Notes under the pieces: model-generated
What the model was told of the DNA's origin: nothing
The model's input: the letters and a program-made list of their open reading frames with translations, nothing else
Databases searched by the model: none
Shown here: positions 1 through 9,180 of the stretch, one piece after another
How positions within the stretch are numbered: the first letter of the stretch is position 1
Layout: every line of letters begins with the position of its first letter
Made by a program: the position numbers and the translations under genes
Source of the DNA: a virus
DNA: 64,000 nucleotides
Direction: 5' to 3' (one strand)
IMG/VR virus record: IMGVR_UViG_3300044899_000017
Coordinates: 13,781-77,780 of that record

Positions 1-60
1 GTCGGCTTCGGCCGGGACGGCTACACGGGGCCGCTGAAGCGGGCGAAGGTCGTCCGATAG
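1..60 (+). CDS. 3' end of hypothetical protein (truncated by window edge)
   Basis: Open frame VGFGRDGYTGPLKRAKVVR* with phage-typical codons, TAG at 58-60. Confidence 0.5.
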   Translation, partial: VGFGRDGYTGPLKRAKVVR

Positions 61-106
61 CGCGCTTATCGTGCGGCTCTTACCCGAGCTGGCGACGAAG
101 AGGAGC
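55..106 (+). promoter_or_regulatory. Early promoter/operator plus conserved leader, copy 1 (degenerate)
   Basis: CGATAGCGCGCTTATCG (55-71) overlapping -10-like TATCGT, then TTACCCGAGCTG (80-91) and GAGGAG RBS. Confidence 0.7.
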
Positions 107-111
107 GTGGG

Positions 112-987
112 ATGGGCGCGACGGCGTGGTGGGAGCAGCGGATGGCGGGCTTCGACCTAGAGACGACGGCGCCCGATCCGGAGGAGGCGCGAATCGTGAC
201 GGCCGCGGTCGCGCTGTGCGGTGGCGGCGGGCCGACGGACTCGCGCGTGTGGCTCGCCGATCCGGGCGTCGAGATTCCGGAGGAGGCCGCGGCGGTCCAC
301 GGCATCACGACGGAGCGCGCGCAGGCTGACGGCCGCGACCGCGCCGAGGTCGTTCGCGAGGTCGTCGAGAAGCTGACGCTCGCCGCGGCGGCGGGGTGGC
401 CGCTCGTGATCTTCAATGGCCGGTACGACCTGACGGTGATGGACCGCGAGTGCCGGCGGCTCGGGATACCGCCGCTGTCGGAGCGGCAGATCACGCTGCG
501 GGTGATCGACCCGCTCGTGATCGACAAGTGGCTGCACCGGTTCCGCCCGAGCTATCCGAACAAGCTGTCGCCGGAGCGCGCGGCCGAGTTGGGCATCCCG
601 AGTTCGAGGACGCTCGACGGTATGTGCCGGGAGTACGGGGCGATCCTCGACGGCGCGCACGACGCGGCGTACGACGCGGTGGCCGCGTGCCGGCTCGCGT
701 GGGTTCTCGGCGCGAAGGGGAAGGTCGTCCGGAACATCCGCACGTGGGGCGGGCACGCCGGGCACGACACGGCCGAGCGGCGCCAGCTCGAAGAGCAGTG
801 GGAGGCCGTGCGGTACGACCTCGACCTGCTGCACGCGGCGCAGATCGGGTGGGCTGCCGAGCAGGCCGCGGGCCTCGCGGACTACTGGCGCGAGAAGATG
901 GCGAAGGGCGAGGAAGTGCCCGGCGATCCCGACGAGGTTCGCGGCGACTGGCCGTTCGTGCCGGCGTCGTCCGCCGTGGTCGGGTAG
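112..987 (+). CDS. DEDDh 3'-5' exonuclease (DnaQ / Pol III epsilon-like)
   Basis: ExoI FDLETT, IPEEAAAVHGIT, ExoII FNGRYDL, ExoIII AHDAAYDA. Confidence 0.9.
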   Translation: MGATAWWEQRMAGFDLETTAPDPEEARIVTAAVALCGGGGPTDSRVWLADPGVEIPEEAAAVHGITTERAQADGRDRAEVVREVVEKLTLAAAAGWPLVIFNGRYDLTVMDRECRRLGIPPLSERQITLRVIDPLVIDKWLHRFRPSYPNKLSPERAAELGIPSSRTLDGMCREYGAILDGAHDAAYDAVAACRLAWVLGAKGKVVRNIRTWGGHAGHDTAERRQLEEQWEAVRYDLDLLHAAQIGWAAEQAAGLADYWREKMAKGEEVPGDPDEVRGDWPFVPASSAVVG

Positions 988-1026
988 AGTTCGCGGCTGC
1001 GAAAGGCGTACTCCTCTGTCCGCGGT

Positions 1027-1060
1027 CACGGCCTCGCTTCGGCGGGGTCGTGGTCGTTCT
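1027..1060 (+). terminator. Intrinsic terminator-like hairpin
   Basis: CACGGCCTCGC-TTCG-GCGGGGTCGTG followed by GTCGTTCT. Confidence 0.7.
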
Positions 1061-1066
1061 AGGGGA

Positions 1067-1094
1067 GGGATCGGTCCGCATCCCGTCGTACTCT
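1067..1094 (+). promoter_or_regulatory. Putative late-class promoter
   Basis: GGGATC-N16-TACTCT, 7 nt before ATG 1102. Confidence 0.6.
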
Positions 1095-1101
1095 CCGCGG
1101 G

Positions 1102-1635
1102 ATGGCGACCCTGATGCGACGTGCCGCGCTCGACGACCTGCCGCGGGTCGTGTGCCCGGCTGCGCTGCCCATAGCGGGCGCGCTGCCGAGCTGCGGCGGC
1201 GTCGTCTGCCGGGTGATGCAGCAGGAACGCGGCCGCGAGACGGGCGTCGGCTACAACCCGGCGCAGACGGCGCTCGCGCGTGACGGTTCGGATGGCGTCT
1301 TCCTGACGCTCGCCGGCGATCCGTCCACGGTCGAGCGCTTCTGCTGCGGCGACGGCGTGCCCGTGATGGACAATCGGGAGAAGCGGGGCGGGCGCGACAC
1401 GTACACGTACTGTCCCGTGTGGCAGGCCGAGCAGGAGAGGATCGCCGAGGGCCGCGGGCAGCTCGCCGGCGGCGGCGTCCTGCCCGAGCCGGAGAAGGTG
1501 TCCCATTGGGACGACGGCCGCGGGACCGTGCGCGAAGCGCCGGCGGGCAGCTCGTACGCGTCGGAGGACCCGTGGGCGCAGGCGCGCCGCGACCTCGACG
1601 TGCTGGCGCCGCCACCCGTGACCGTGGGGAGCTAG
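1102..1635 (+). CDS. Hypothetical Cys-containing protein
   Basis: ORF with good codon usage directly upstream of portal. Confidence 0.7.
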   Translation: MATLMRRAALDDLPRVVCPAALPIAGALPSCGGVVCRVMQQERGRETGVGYNPAQTALARDGSDGVFLTLAGDPSTVERFCCGDGVPVMDNREKRGGRDTYTYCPVWQAEQERIAEGRGQLAGGGVLPEPEKVSHWDDGRGTVREAPAGSSYASEDPWAQARRDLDVLAPPPVTVGS

Positions 1636-1639
1636 CGCC

Positions 1640-3652
1640 GTGGCGCTGCTCGACCGCCCGGTGGTCGCTCGACTCGCCGAGGCCGCGGAAGAACGACTCG
1701 GCTTCGGCATCCGCCCGACCTCGGAGCTGAAGCGCTCCGAGCTGATCGAGTCGGAGTTCCGCGAGCTGGCCGACGATGCCGAAGACCTCGCGCTGCACTC
1801 GATGGACTACTTCACCGGGCGCCCGCACGAGATGGGCACGGAGCGCCGGAAGCGGATCGCGCAGCGGTCGCGCGTCGCGCTGAAGTTCGACCCGCTCGCC
1901 GGCGCCGAGTCGCAGCTCCTCGCGGACTTCTCGTTCGGTAAGGGGATCGGGAAGCCGACGGCGCGCGAGGAGAAGGTGCAGGAGGTCATCGACGAGGCGT
2001 GGACCGATCCGAATAACGAGGAGAAGCTGACCGGCTTCATGGCGCAGCGGAAGCTGTCAAACGAGCTGATGACGGCCGGCGAGCTATTCCCGACGCTGTA
2101 CGTGGGCGGCGGGAAGGTGCGGGTCGGACGGCTCGACGCGGACACGGTGGAGGCCGTCGTGCCGGACCCGGAAGACCGGCTGCGGCCGCTGTGGTACATG
2201 GCGCGGCAGCGCCGCTTCAAGTGGGATTACGAGCAGGACCGCGCCGCCATCGAGGACGAGCTGACGGAGGCGGGCAAGCCGAAGGTGAAGTACTGGAAGC
2301 ACTGGCGGAACTTCGACGACGCGACGCGCGAGCGGGAACTCGGCCTCGTCGAAGTCGATGAAGAGCTGCTGATCGAGCCGCCGACGGAGAAGCAGGCGAA
2401 GGGCGTCGTCTTCCATCTCGCGATCAATCAGACGGGCGAGGAGCTGCGCGGGAACCCGCCGTGGGCGCGGTCGCTGCGGTTCTTCGAGGCGATGAACATC
2501 CTGACCGAAGCGCACGTGACGATGGCGCAGGGCGCCGCGACGTTCATCGCGAAGCGGGTGATGAAGGGGTCGCCGAAGCAGATCGCGAAGGCGGCGGCGT
2601 CCGTGCAGGGCCATATCTCCGAGCTGGGCGCCGGCAGGTACGACGGGCCGGGCTTCCCGCAGGGCGAGGGGCCGGCGGCGTTCGCTCCGGGCGCTCCTCC
2701 ACCGGTGGCGCCGGCGTCGTGGTGGAACGAGAACGAGTCGTCGAAGCTCGAAGCGCTGTCGCTGAACTCGGGCGCGGCGCAGGCGGCGCAGACGGCGCAG
2801 ATCGTGCGGGCGCCCATCGCGGCCGCGGCCGGCTTCGGGCAGCACTACCTCGGCGACGCGTCGAACTCGAACCTCGCGACGGCCTCGACGCTCGAACTCC
2901 CCGCGACGATGCGGATCGAGTCGTGGCAGGAGTACTTCGCGCAGATGTACCGGTGGTTCACGGACCGCGCTATCGAGGAGGCCGTGCGCGCGGGCAGGCT
3001 CGGCGGGATGGACGGCTTCCCGGACGACGGGCCGATGGCCGAGCTGTACCTGCACGAGTCCGAGGGCCGCGCGGCGATGGAGAAGCGCACGGGCCTCGAC
3101 CTCTCGTACGAGTTCGTGATGCCGTTCCCCGGCCGGCGCCAGCTCCCGGAGGTCGTGACCTTCGTGCAGATCATCGCGACCTCGATGGACCCGAACGGCG
3201 TGAACATCCCGCTCCGGCGTCACCTGCTGCGCTTCGCGTTCGAGCAGATGGGCATGGACGACATCGGGCACGCCGTCGAGGAGTGCATCCCGGACAATCC
3301 CATCGCCGGCGGCATCGGGCCGCAGGAGCCTTCGGTGGACCCGGTGACGGGCGAGCCGACGCTGAAGCCGGCGGGCACGCTGACCGTGCCGCCGCCGCCG
3401 GGCGCGCGGAAGGCTGCACCGGTGGGCGCCGCTCCGACGGATCGGCCGGCGAACGTGAAGCAGGGCACGACCGTCGGCGGGAAGCCGACCTCGCCGGCGC
3501 GCGAGTCGGAGTGGATACCGGCCGAGCTGCGCGGGCCGCTCGGCGAGTTCACGGACGAGTCCGCGGCGCTCTTTCAGAAGCTCGTGTCCGAGCCGGCTGT
3601 CCTCGCGACGTTGCAGCTCGCCGGCTCGAACGGCAACTCCGCAGGGAGCTAG
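1640..3652 (+). CDS. Portal protein
   Basis: 670 aa, first large head gene; portal-like segments (LMTAGELFPTL, VVPDPED, FHLAINQ, HYLGDASNSNLATASTLELP). Confidence 0.85.
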   Translation: MALLDRPVVARLAEAAEERLGFGIRPTSELKRSELIESEFRELADDAEDLALHSMDYFTGRPHEMGTERRKRIAQRSRVALKFDPLAGAESQLLADFSFGKGIGKPTAREEKVQEVIDEAWTDPNNEEKLTGFMAQRKLSNELMTAGELFPTLYVGGGKVRVGRLDADTVEAVVPDPEDRLRPLWYMARQRRFKWDYEQDRAAIEDELTEAGKPKVKYWKHWRNFDDATRERELGLVEVDEELLIEPPTEKQAKGVVFHLAINQTGEELRGNPPWARSLRFFEAMNILTEAHVTMAQGAATFIAKRVMKGSPKQIAKAAASVQGHISELGAGRYDGPGFPQGEGPAAFAPGAPPPVAPASWWNENESSKLEALSLNSGAAQAAQTAQIVRAPIAAAAGFGQHYLGDASNSNLATASTLELPATMRIESWQEYFAQMYRWFTDRAIEEAVRAGRLGGMDGFPDDGPMAELYLHESEGRAAMEKRTGLDLSYEFVMPFPGRRQLPEVVTFVQIIATSMDPNGVNIPLRRHLLRFAFEQMGMDDIGHAVEECIPDNPIAGGIGPQEPSVDPVTGEPTLKPAGTLTVPPPPGARKAAPVGAAPTDRPANVKQGTTVGGKPTSPARESEWIPAELRGPLGEFTDESAALFQKLVSEPAVLATLQLAGSNGNSAGS

Positions 3653-3654
3653 CC

Positions 3655-6063
3655 GTGGCGTTCGGGGGCGCATACGAGCGCCCGGAGTTCCGCGGGCCGG
3701 TGGTCGAGTTGGCCGAGGCCGAGCAGACGCCGGCCGAGGCGAAGGCGCAGCAGCGCCGGCGCATAGCGGCTACCGCCGCGGTGGCGGCGACGGTCGCGGC
3801 CACGGGGGACGAGGGCGACGGCAGCGCTGTCGGGCAGGTGCCGGCGAAGGCCGCGCGCGCCACGGCCGCGGGGGCGATCCTTTCGGCGCTCGTGGCGTTC
3901 CTCGCGGTGCAGCGCGCGCGGGTGCGGTCGTGGCTTTCGACGCAGCTCCGCACGCGGCAGCCGTCCGTGCCGCTCGACGACGTGGCCGCGCTGATCGACG
4001 AGGAGGAACGCCGCGGCGCGGAGTTCGAGAAGCGCTCGGCGGCGCGGTTCGCTCGCGACCTGACGACGGCGCTCGCGATCCCGGATAAGGCCGCACGCGA
4101 GGCTGCGATCCGCGGCATCACTTCGCGGGAGCAGCGCTACGCGCGCCAGCGTGACGAGGCGATGGCAGCTCGCGCGTTCGCCGCGGTGGATCGAATCGTC
4201 CTGAAGGGCGAGTCGCCGCAGGGCGCGTATTGGTGGAACGACCCGACGGTGAGCGAACACACGGCGGGCTGTCTGATCATGGGGGGCAAGTTCTGGCCGT
4301 GGGCCGTCCTCGACCGCGTGCATCCGCCGCGGCACGGTGGCTGCCCGTGCCGGCTGCGCGGCTATGGCGAGGCCATAGCGGACGGGCTGATGTCGCCGGG
4401 CGACGTGGTGGACGTGCAGACCGCGATCCGCCGGGCCGCGCACGTGGTGATGGAGGGCGTGCTGACGGTCGAGATGCCCGAGGACGCCGAGGCGCTGATC
4501 GAGGCCGCGGGCGGGCGCGACCTGCTCGAACTCCGCGGCGGGCTGCTCGAAGCGGGCCTCGTGGCCGACGAGTCGATGCTCGACCGGCTGCTCGACGAGA
4601 CGGACCTCTCCGAAGCGTTCAACCCGACGCAGGCGCGATGGCCGAAGGGGCACCCGAAGGCGGGGCAGTGGCGCCCAAAAGTCGGGGGTAGCGGCTTCGG
4701 TGCCCGCACTTCCGCGGGGTGGCTGAAGCGCGACCTCGACGAGCTGCGGACGATGGCCGCTCCGCAGCACGTCGGCACGTCGCGGACCGGCGACGGTCCC
4801 GAGGTCCCGGTGATGCACACGCCGTCGTCGCCGGCCGAGCTGCGCGCCGTCGGCGCCCGCGTCGCGGCCGTGGCCGACCGGCACGGCGCGCACCACGCAT
4901 ACCGGCAGCGAATCGACGAGCTGCACGTCGAGCGGCGGAAGCTGTCGGACGCGCATAGCGACCGGCTCGATGCTGCCGGCGGCATCTCCCACTTCTTCGA
5001 CGAGGAGGACGCGGCCGCGAAGCGAGCCGGCCGCGAGCCGGATAACTCCGCGGTGGTCGCACGGATGGACGCGCTCCGGCCCGAGGCCGAGCGGGAGCGG
5101 CTGCGGGCGATAGACGCCGAAGTGCAGCGTCTCCTGCCGGCCGAGGAGCAGGCTCGCGTGGACGCGCTGCTCGGCGTCCTCGCGGAGATACGGCCGATGG
5201 GCGGGACGAAGCTGAACGTCTCGAAGGTCGAGGGCGCCGACCGGATTCAGCAGCGCGAGGAGCTGCCGGCGTCGCTGCGCGAGGCGTCGCGGTACGTGCC
5301 GCGGGCGTGGCTCGACGACTCGAACGCGAAGGGCAGCATCCGCTTCGTGGTCAGTGAAGAGCGCGCGCATCACCTGCTCGAAGACAAGCGCGGCGCCGAC
5401 ACGCCGGGGATGGGGCACGCGGAGCAGGAGAAGAGCGTGGACGAGCTGCTGAAGCGCGACGGGTGGAAGTTCGCCGGGTACGAGATGGGCGTCTTCCCCG
5501 TGCTGCGCGACCCGGAGGGGAAGCTGCACGCTATCTCGTGGTCCGGTGCGGCGACGACGACAATCGGCGTAGGGCCGAACCGGCACGAGGTCGGCGCCGA
5601 TCCGCAGCACTTCGAGGCCGGCGCCCGGAAGCCCTACGTGCCGCCGCCGATTGACTCGAAGATTCGCGTGAAGGCCGGCGATCCCTCGACGCTGCTGCAC
5701 GAGCTGGCGCACCGGTTCGAGCAGGTCTACGGCGAGCCGAACGCGCTGTCCGGACAGCGGCCGCTGATGGCGGCGACGCAGCGGTTCCTGCGCGACCGCC
5801 GCGGCGCCGAGATGGCGCGGCAGCTCGACGAGCTGCGACCCGGCCACGGGTACGAGCCGCACGAGCGCGCGTGGGAGGACGAGTTCGTGGACCCGTACAT
5901 CGGGAAGGACTACGGCGCTCGGGCGACCGAAGTCCTTACGATGGGGATGCAGATGCTCTTCTTCCCGACATACGGCCGCGAGTTCGACCCGCCGAAGAGC
6001 CGCGGGCGGAAGGGCGACGCGGAGATGCGGGACTTCATCCTCGGCGTGATGGCGGCGCTGTGA
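3655..6063 (+). CDS. MuF/SPP1 gp7-like minor head protein with C-terminal zincin metallopeptidase-like domain
   Basis: GTG 3655 just after portal stop; MuF-like HTAGC...HPPRHGGCPCRL; C-terminal LLHELAHRFE plus YIGKDY..ATEVLTMG. Confidence 0.8.
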   Translation: MAFGGAYERPEFRGPVVELAEAEQTPAEAKAQQRRRIAATAAVAATVAATGDEGDGSAVGQVPAKAARATAAGAILSALVAFLAVQRARVRSWLSTQLRTRQPSVPLDDVAALIDEEERRGAEFEKRSAARFARDLTTALAIPDKAAREAAIRGITSREQRYARQRDEAMAARAFAAVDRIVLKGESPQGAYWWNDPTVSEHTAGCLIMGGKFWPWAVLDRVHPPRHGGCPCRLRGYGEAIADGLMSPGDVVDVQTAIRRAAHVVMEGVLTVEMPEDAEALIEAAGGRDLLELRGGLLEAGLVADESMLDRLLDETDLSEAFNPTQARWPKGHPKAGQWRPKVGGSGFGARTSAGWLKRDLDELRTMAAPQHVGTSRTGDGPEVPVMHTPSSPAELRAVGARVAAVADRHGAHHAYRQRIDELHVERRKLSDAHSDRLDAAGGISHFFDEEDAAAKRAGREPDNSAVVARMDALRPEAERERLRAIDAEVQRLLPAEEQARVDALLGVLAEIRPMGGTKLNVSKVEGADRIQQREELPASLREASRYVPRAWLDDSNAKGSIRFVVSEERAHHLLEDKRGADTPGMGHAEQEKSVDELLKRDGWKFAGYEMGVFPVLRDPEGKLHAISWSGAATTTIGVGPNRHEVGADPQHFEAGARKPYVPPPIDSKIRVKAGDPSTLLHELAHRFEQVYGEPNALSGQRPLMAATQRFLRDRRGAEMARQLDELRPGHGYEPHERAWEDEFVDPYIGKDYGARATEVLTMGMQMLFFPTYGREFDPPKSRGRKGDAEMRDFILGVMAAL

Positions 6064-6329
6064 AGTGGCAGGGCAAGATGCACGGCCGCGCCGTCGAGGG
6101 CACGGTGCTAGGCGGCGCGTGCCACGGCTCGTTCGAGGTCGTCTCGATGGTCGAGGCGATGGTCGCGGCGCAGACACGCGTCGGCGAAGGGCCGGTGTCC
6201 GGGCCGGCCGACCTGACGGACCCGATCCTCTCGCGGGCGACGCTGCGCGCCGTCCTCGATCCCGACACGGCCACGTTCGAGGGCGACGAAGCGCCCGTCG
6301 GGACGGTGCCGGCGGACGCCGAGACGTGA
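6060..6329 (+). CDS. Small hypothetical protein, candidate immunity partner of the MuF effector domain
   Basis: GTGA overlap with MuF stop; 89 aa MKWQGKMHGR... Confidence 0.6.
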   Translation: MKWQGKMHGRAVEGTVLGGACHGSFEVVSMVEAMVAAQTRVGEGPVSGPADLTDPILSRATLRAVLDPDTATFEGDEAPVGTVPADAET

Positions 6330-6366
6330 CCGATCCGTCCGCGCTGTGCGGCATCCTCGCGGGTGA

Positions 6367-6768
6367 ATGGCTCCCCCGCAGACGTACGAGAAGCCGCATA
6401 AGCAGCTAGGGCGCCTGATGGTGATGGGCCGGCGCCGCGGCCTCGGCTTCGAGGAGTGGTGGGAGGAGGCCGTCCGGCCGAGGAAGCGGGTCGTGATGAC
6501 GAACGACCCGGACCCGCCACCGCACGCCGTCCGATGGCCGTCGGACCGGAACGACCGCGTGGAGTGGCGCGACGCGATCCTCGACGCGAAGGAAGGGTGG
6601 CGGCGCGCGTACGAGCAGGTCGAGCGGTCGCCGTTCGACGAGGCGCTGCTCGTCCTCGCCGACTTCCTCGGGCTGGCGGACAGCATCGAGGGCTTCTCGG
6701 AGCTATTCGACGAGCCGGACGAGCCGGACGAGACTGCCGAGCTGGCCGAGCTGATGGCGGCGGCGTAG
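6367..6768 (+). CDS. Hypothetical protein
   Basis: 133-aa ORF, phage codon usage, acidic tail. Confidence 0.7.
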   Translation: MAPPQTYEKPHKQLGRLMVMGRRRGLGFEEWWEEAVRPRKRVVMTNDPDPPPHAVRWPSDRNDRVEWRDAILDAKEGWRRAYEQVERSPFDEALLVLADFLGLADSIEGFSELFDEPDEPDETAELAELMAAA

Positions 6769-6795
6769 GGATCGACCCGCAGGCGGGGGTACTCT
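6768..6795 (+). promoter_or_regulatory. Putative late-class leaderless promoter
   Basis: GGGATC-N16-TACTCT, 6 nt before GTG 6802. Confidence 0.6.
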
Positions 6796-6801
6796 GTCCC
6801 C

Positions 6802-6963
6802 GTGATCGGCGTCCTGATAGCTGTCCTCGTGGCCGCGCTCGTGTGGGCGCTGTGCCTAGCGCTCGGCCTCCCGAGCATCGTCGGCATCGTGGCAGCGATC
6901 CTCGTGCTGCTCGCCGGCATCCCGTCCGGCGGCTACGGCCTCGGGCGGCGATGGCCGCGATGA
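6802..6963 (+). CDS. Small two-helix membrane protein (53 aa, not in ORF track)
   Basis: MIGVLIAVLVAALVWALCLALGLPSIVGIVAAILVLLAGIPSGGYGLGRRWPR; ATGA overlap with next gene. Confidence 0.75.
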   Translation: MIGVLIAVLVAALVWALCLALGLPSIVGIVAAILVLLAGIPSGGYGLGRRWPR

Positions 6964-8615
6964 CGGCGCTCGTCGAGTACTACTACGGCGAGTCGAACGC
7001 GCCACACGAAGCGCTCGGCCGTGCAGCTCGCCGGCTGTCGCAGGGCGGGGCGCTGTACCTCGGCGGCGGCATCGGCATCGAGAAGCAGGTCACGAAGTCC
7101 GGCGACCGCTTCAACTTGACGCGCGCCGACGCGACGGGGAAGCCCGAGTCGTTCACCGGACCGCTGTCGGCGGTGATGCGTGGCTTCGCTGTGGCGGGCG
7201 GCTCGACCGCGACGGACACGCCGGGCGGGGCGACGAAGGTCACGGACCCGGCCGCGGCCGCGCGGCTGCGCGAGCTGAACGACGCGCAGCGCGAGACGGA
7301 GAAGGACATCGAGCGGTATCAGTCGCGGCTCGCGGCGAAGGTGCCCGATCAGACGACGGTCGGCAGCATCGTCGCGCCGACGGAGAAGGACCCGTGGGAG
7401 GCGCGCCGGCTCGCCGAGCTGAAGCGCGAGCTGAAGCAGATCGAGGACGAGCGCACGACGCTCCTCTCGACGGGCAAGGTCGAAGAGGCCGAAGTCGGGA
7501 AGCCCGGCACGAATTGGACGCAGGTCACGCCGGCGGCGCGGAAGAAGGTCGATCCGCTCGTGAAGCACTGGATGGGCAAGGCGCATCCGTGGCAGGCGTG
7601 CGTGGACGAGCTGACGCCGGAGAAGGGCGCCGAGGCCGCGAAGAAGATTTGCTCTGTCGTCAAGGACATGGGCATGAAGACGACGAAGTGGCGCGCCGGC
7701 GGGAAGAAGAAGCTGAAGGAAGAGCAGGACGCCGTGATCGTGACCGCGATGCAGGAGGCGTGCGGACGCATCGCCACCATCGAGGCATCGTTCGGCGCCG
7801 GCGCGGCCGTCGAGCTGGCCGAGCGTGCCGGCTCGTTCGGGGACGCGCTGCTCGACACGCTCGGCGAGTCCGCGTTCGACGACCTCTCGACGCTCTTCGT
7901 CTGCGGCCACCCGCTCGGCGAGTTGTGGCAGGAGGTCCGCGAGGGCTTCGCCGAGAACCTGCACCCGCGCGACTTCCTCGGGAAGTGGAAGACAAAGGTC
8001 GGCGGGCTGAAGGTCGGCGAGAAGGCTGCCATCGGCGACGGCGTGTCCGTGCATCGGACGGCAGTCAAGGGGTACGAGGTCCACGGGCCGGCGCGCGTCG
8101 GCGACCTCGCGACGAGTGCCGCGCATAAGGCGCAGCTCGAACGCAACGGCACGCCGATCACGCGGCTCGGGCAGCTCTTCCCGACTCCTGATCGAGCAGC
8201 GATCCTCTCCGCGCAGAAGTCGGCGTCGCTCGATCACCCGATGTCTGTCGGGGGCCGGACGAAGTACCCGTCGCTGAACGCGGCGCTGAAGAGCGGCGAG
8301 GGCAAGGGCGAGCCGAATCTCGCGGTGCGGAGTAAGCAGCGCGAGGCCGAGGCAAACAATCGCCAGCACACGACGATCCGCGGCCTCGCCGGGAAGCTCG
8401 ACTCGCAGAGTCAGGGAGGGAAGTCGGGAGCTGCGGAGACGGCTGTCGCACTCACGCACGCGCTGACCACGTACAAGCGCAACGGCGGCAAAGAGACGGA
8501 ACACACACGCCGCGCGCAGACGATCCTCGACCGCCACCGCGCGAAGAAGCCGAAGGTCCGCGAGGCGGCGCCCGCCGGCGGGCTGCTCGGCGACCTCCTC
8601 GAATCGAGGCGCTGA
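6960..8615 (+). CDS. Head-module multi-domain protein (probable internal head protein)
   Basis: ATG 6960; W..CV.EL..AK.IC segment and FAENLHPRDFLGKW motif. Confidence 0.7.
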   Translation: MTALVEYYYGESNAPHEALGRAARRLSQGGALYLGGGIGIEKQVTKSGDRFNLTRADATGKPESFTGPLSAVMRGFAVAGGSTATDTPGGATKVTDPAAAARLRELNDAQRETEKDIERYQSRLAAKVPDQTTVGSIVAPTEKDPWEARRLAELKRELKQIEDERTTLLSTGKVEEAEVGKPGTNWTQVTPAARKKVDPLVKHWMGKAHPWQACVDELTPEKGAEAAKKICSVVKDMGMKTTKWRAGGKKKLKEEQDAVIVTAMQEACGRIATIEASFGAGAAVELAERAGSFGDALLDTLGESAFDDLSTLFVCGHPLGELWQEVREGFAENLHPRDFLGKWKTKVGGLKVGEKAAIGDGVSVHRTAVKGYEVHGPARVGDLATSAAHKAQLERNGTPITRLGQLFPTPDRAAILSAQKSASLDHPMSVGGRTKYPSLNAALKSGEGKGEPNLAVRSKQREAEANNRQHTTIRGLAGKLDSQSQGGKSGAAETAVALTHALTTYKRNGGKETEHTRRAQTILDRHRAKKPKVREAAPAGGLLGDLLESRR

Positions 8616-9145
8616 TGTCGGGCGTTCTCGACGCGCTGCTCGAATCGTTCACCGGCTCCGGTAGCGCCGCGGCGCAGGCTCGGCAGACGAGCGCGGGGCA
8701 GAAGCCGCTGTCGCCGGCGACGCGAGCGCGGCAGCGGGCGAACGCGGCGCAGGCGAGCGCGAGGCCGTACGACGAGAAGAAGCATCCGCGCGGCCGCGCC
8801 GGCACGTCGCAGGGCGGGAAGTTCATCCGCTCGGGCAGCTCGGGTAACGATGTCCGGGCGGTGCAGGCGCGCGTCGGCGTGAAGCGCGACGGGCAGTTCG
8901 GGAATCAGACGCATAACGCGGTCCGCGACTTTCAGAAGCGGCACGGGCTTCAGGTGGACGGGGTGGTCGGGCATCAGACGGCGCTAGCCATCGCCGGGAA
9001 GTACGCGGCAGCTCGGCGGGCGCAGACGGGCGCGCTCCGGAAGTCGGACCGCTCGGCCATCTCGAAGACCCGGCAGCCGAAGCACGCGCAGCCGAAGCAC
9101 ACTCCTCGGGCGCCGACGCGCTCGCAGGGCGGCATCGTCGTCTAG
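8615..9145 (+). CDS. Peptidoglycan-binding domain protein in head module
   Basis: PG_binding_1-like DGQFGNQTHNAVRDFQKRHGLQVDGVVGHQT; N-terminal YDEKKHPRG..GGKF motif. Confidence 0.85.
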   Translation: MSGVLDALLESFTGSGSAAAQARQTSAGQKPLSPATRARQRANAAQASARPYDEKKHPRGRAGTSQGGKFIRSGSSGNDVRAVQARVGVKRDGQFGNQTHNAVRDFQKRHGLQVDGVVGHQTALAIAGKYAAARRAQTGALRKSDRSAISKTRQPKHAQPKHTPRAPTRSQGGIVV

Positions 9146-9146
9146 G

Positions 9147-9174
9147 GGTATCCGGCGACGAGCGGTCGTACCCT
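9147..9174 (+). promoter_or_regulatory. Putative late-class leaderless promoter
   Basis: GGTATC-N16-TACCCT, 6 nt before GTG 9181; near-identical to 60419-60446. Confidence 0.7.
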
Positions 9175-9180
9175 CCGGGC

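Noticed and set aside
2461-3654. N-terminal extension of the 1200-aa ORF
   Set aside because: Overlaps the portal out of frame; the real start is GTG 3655. Similar over-extensions were trimmed for capsid, tube, hub, recombinase and others.
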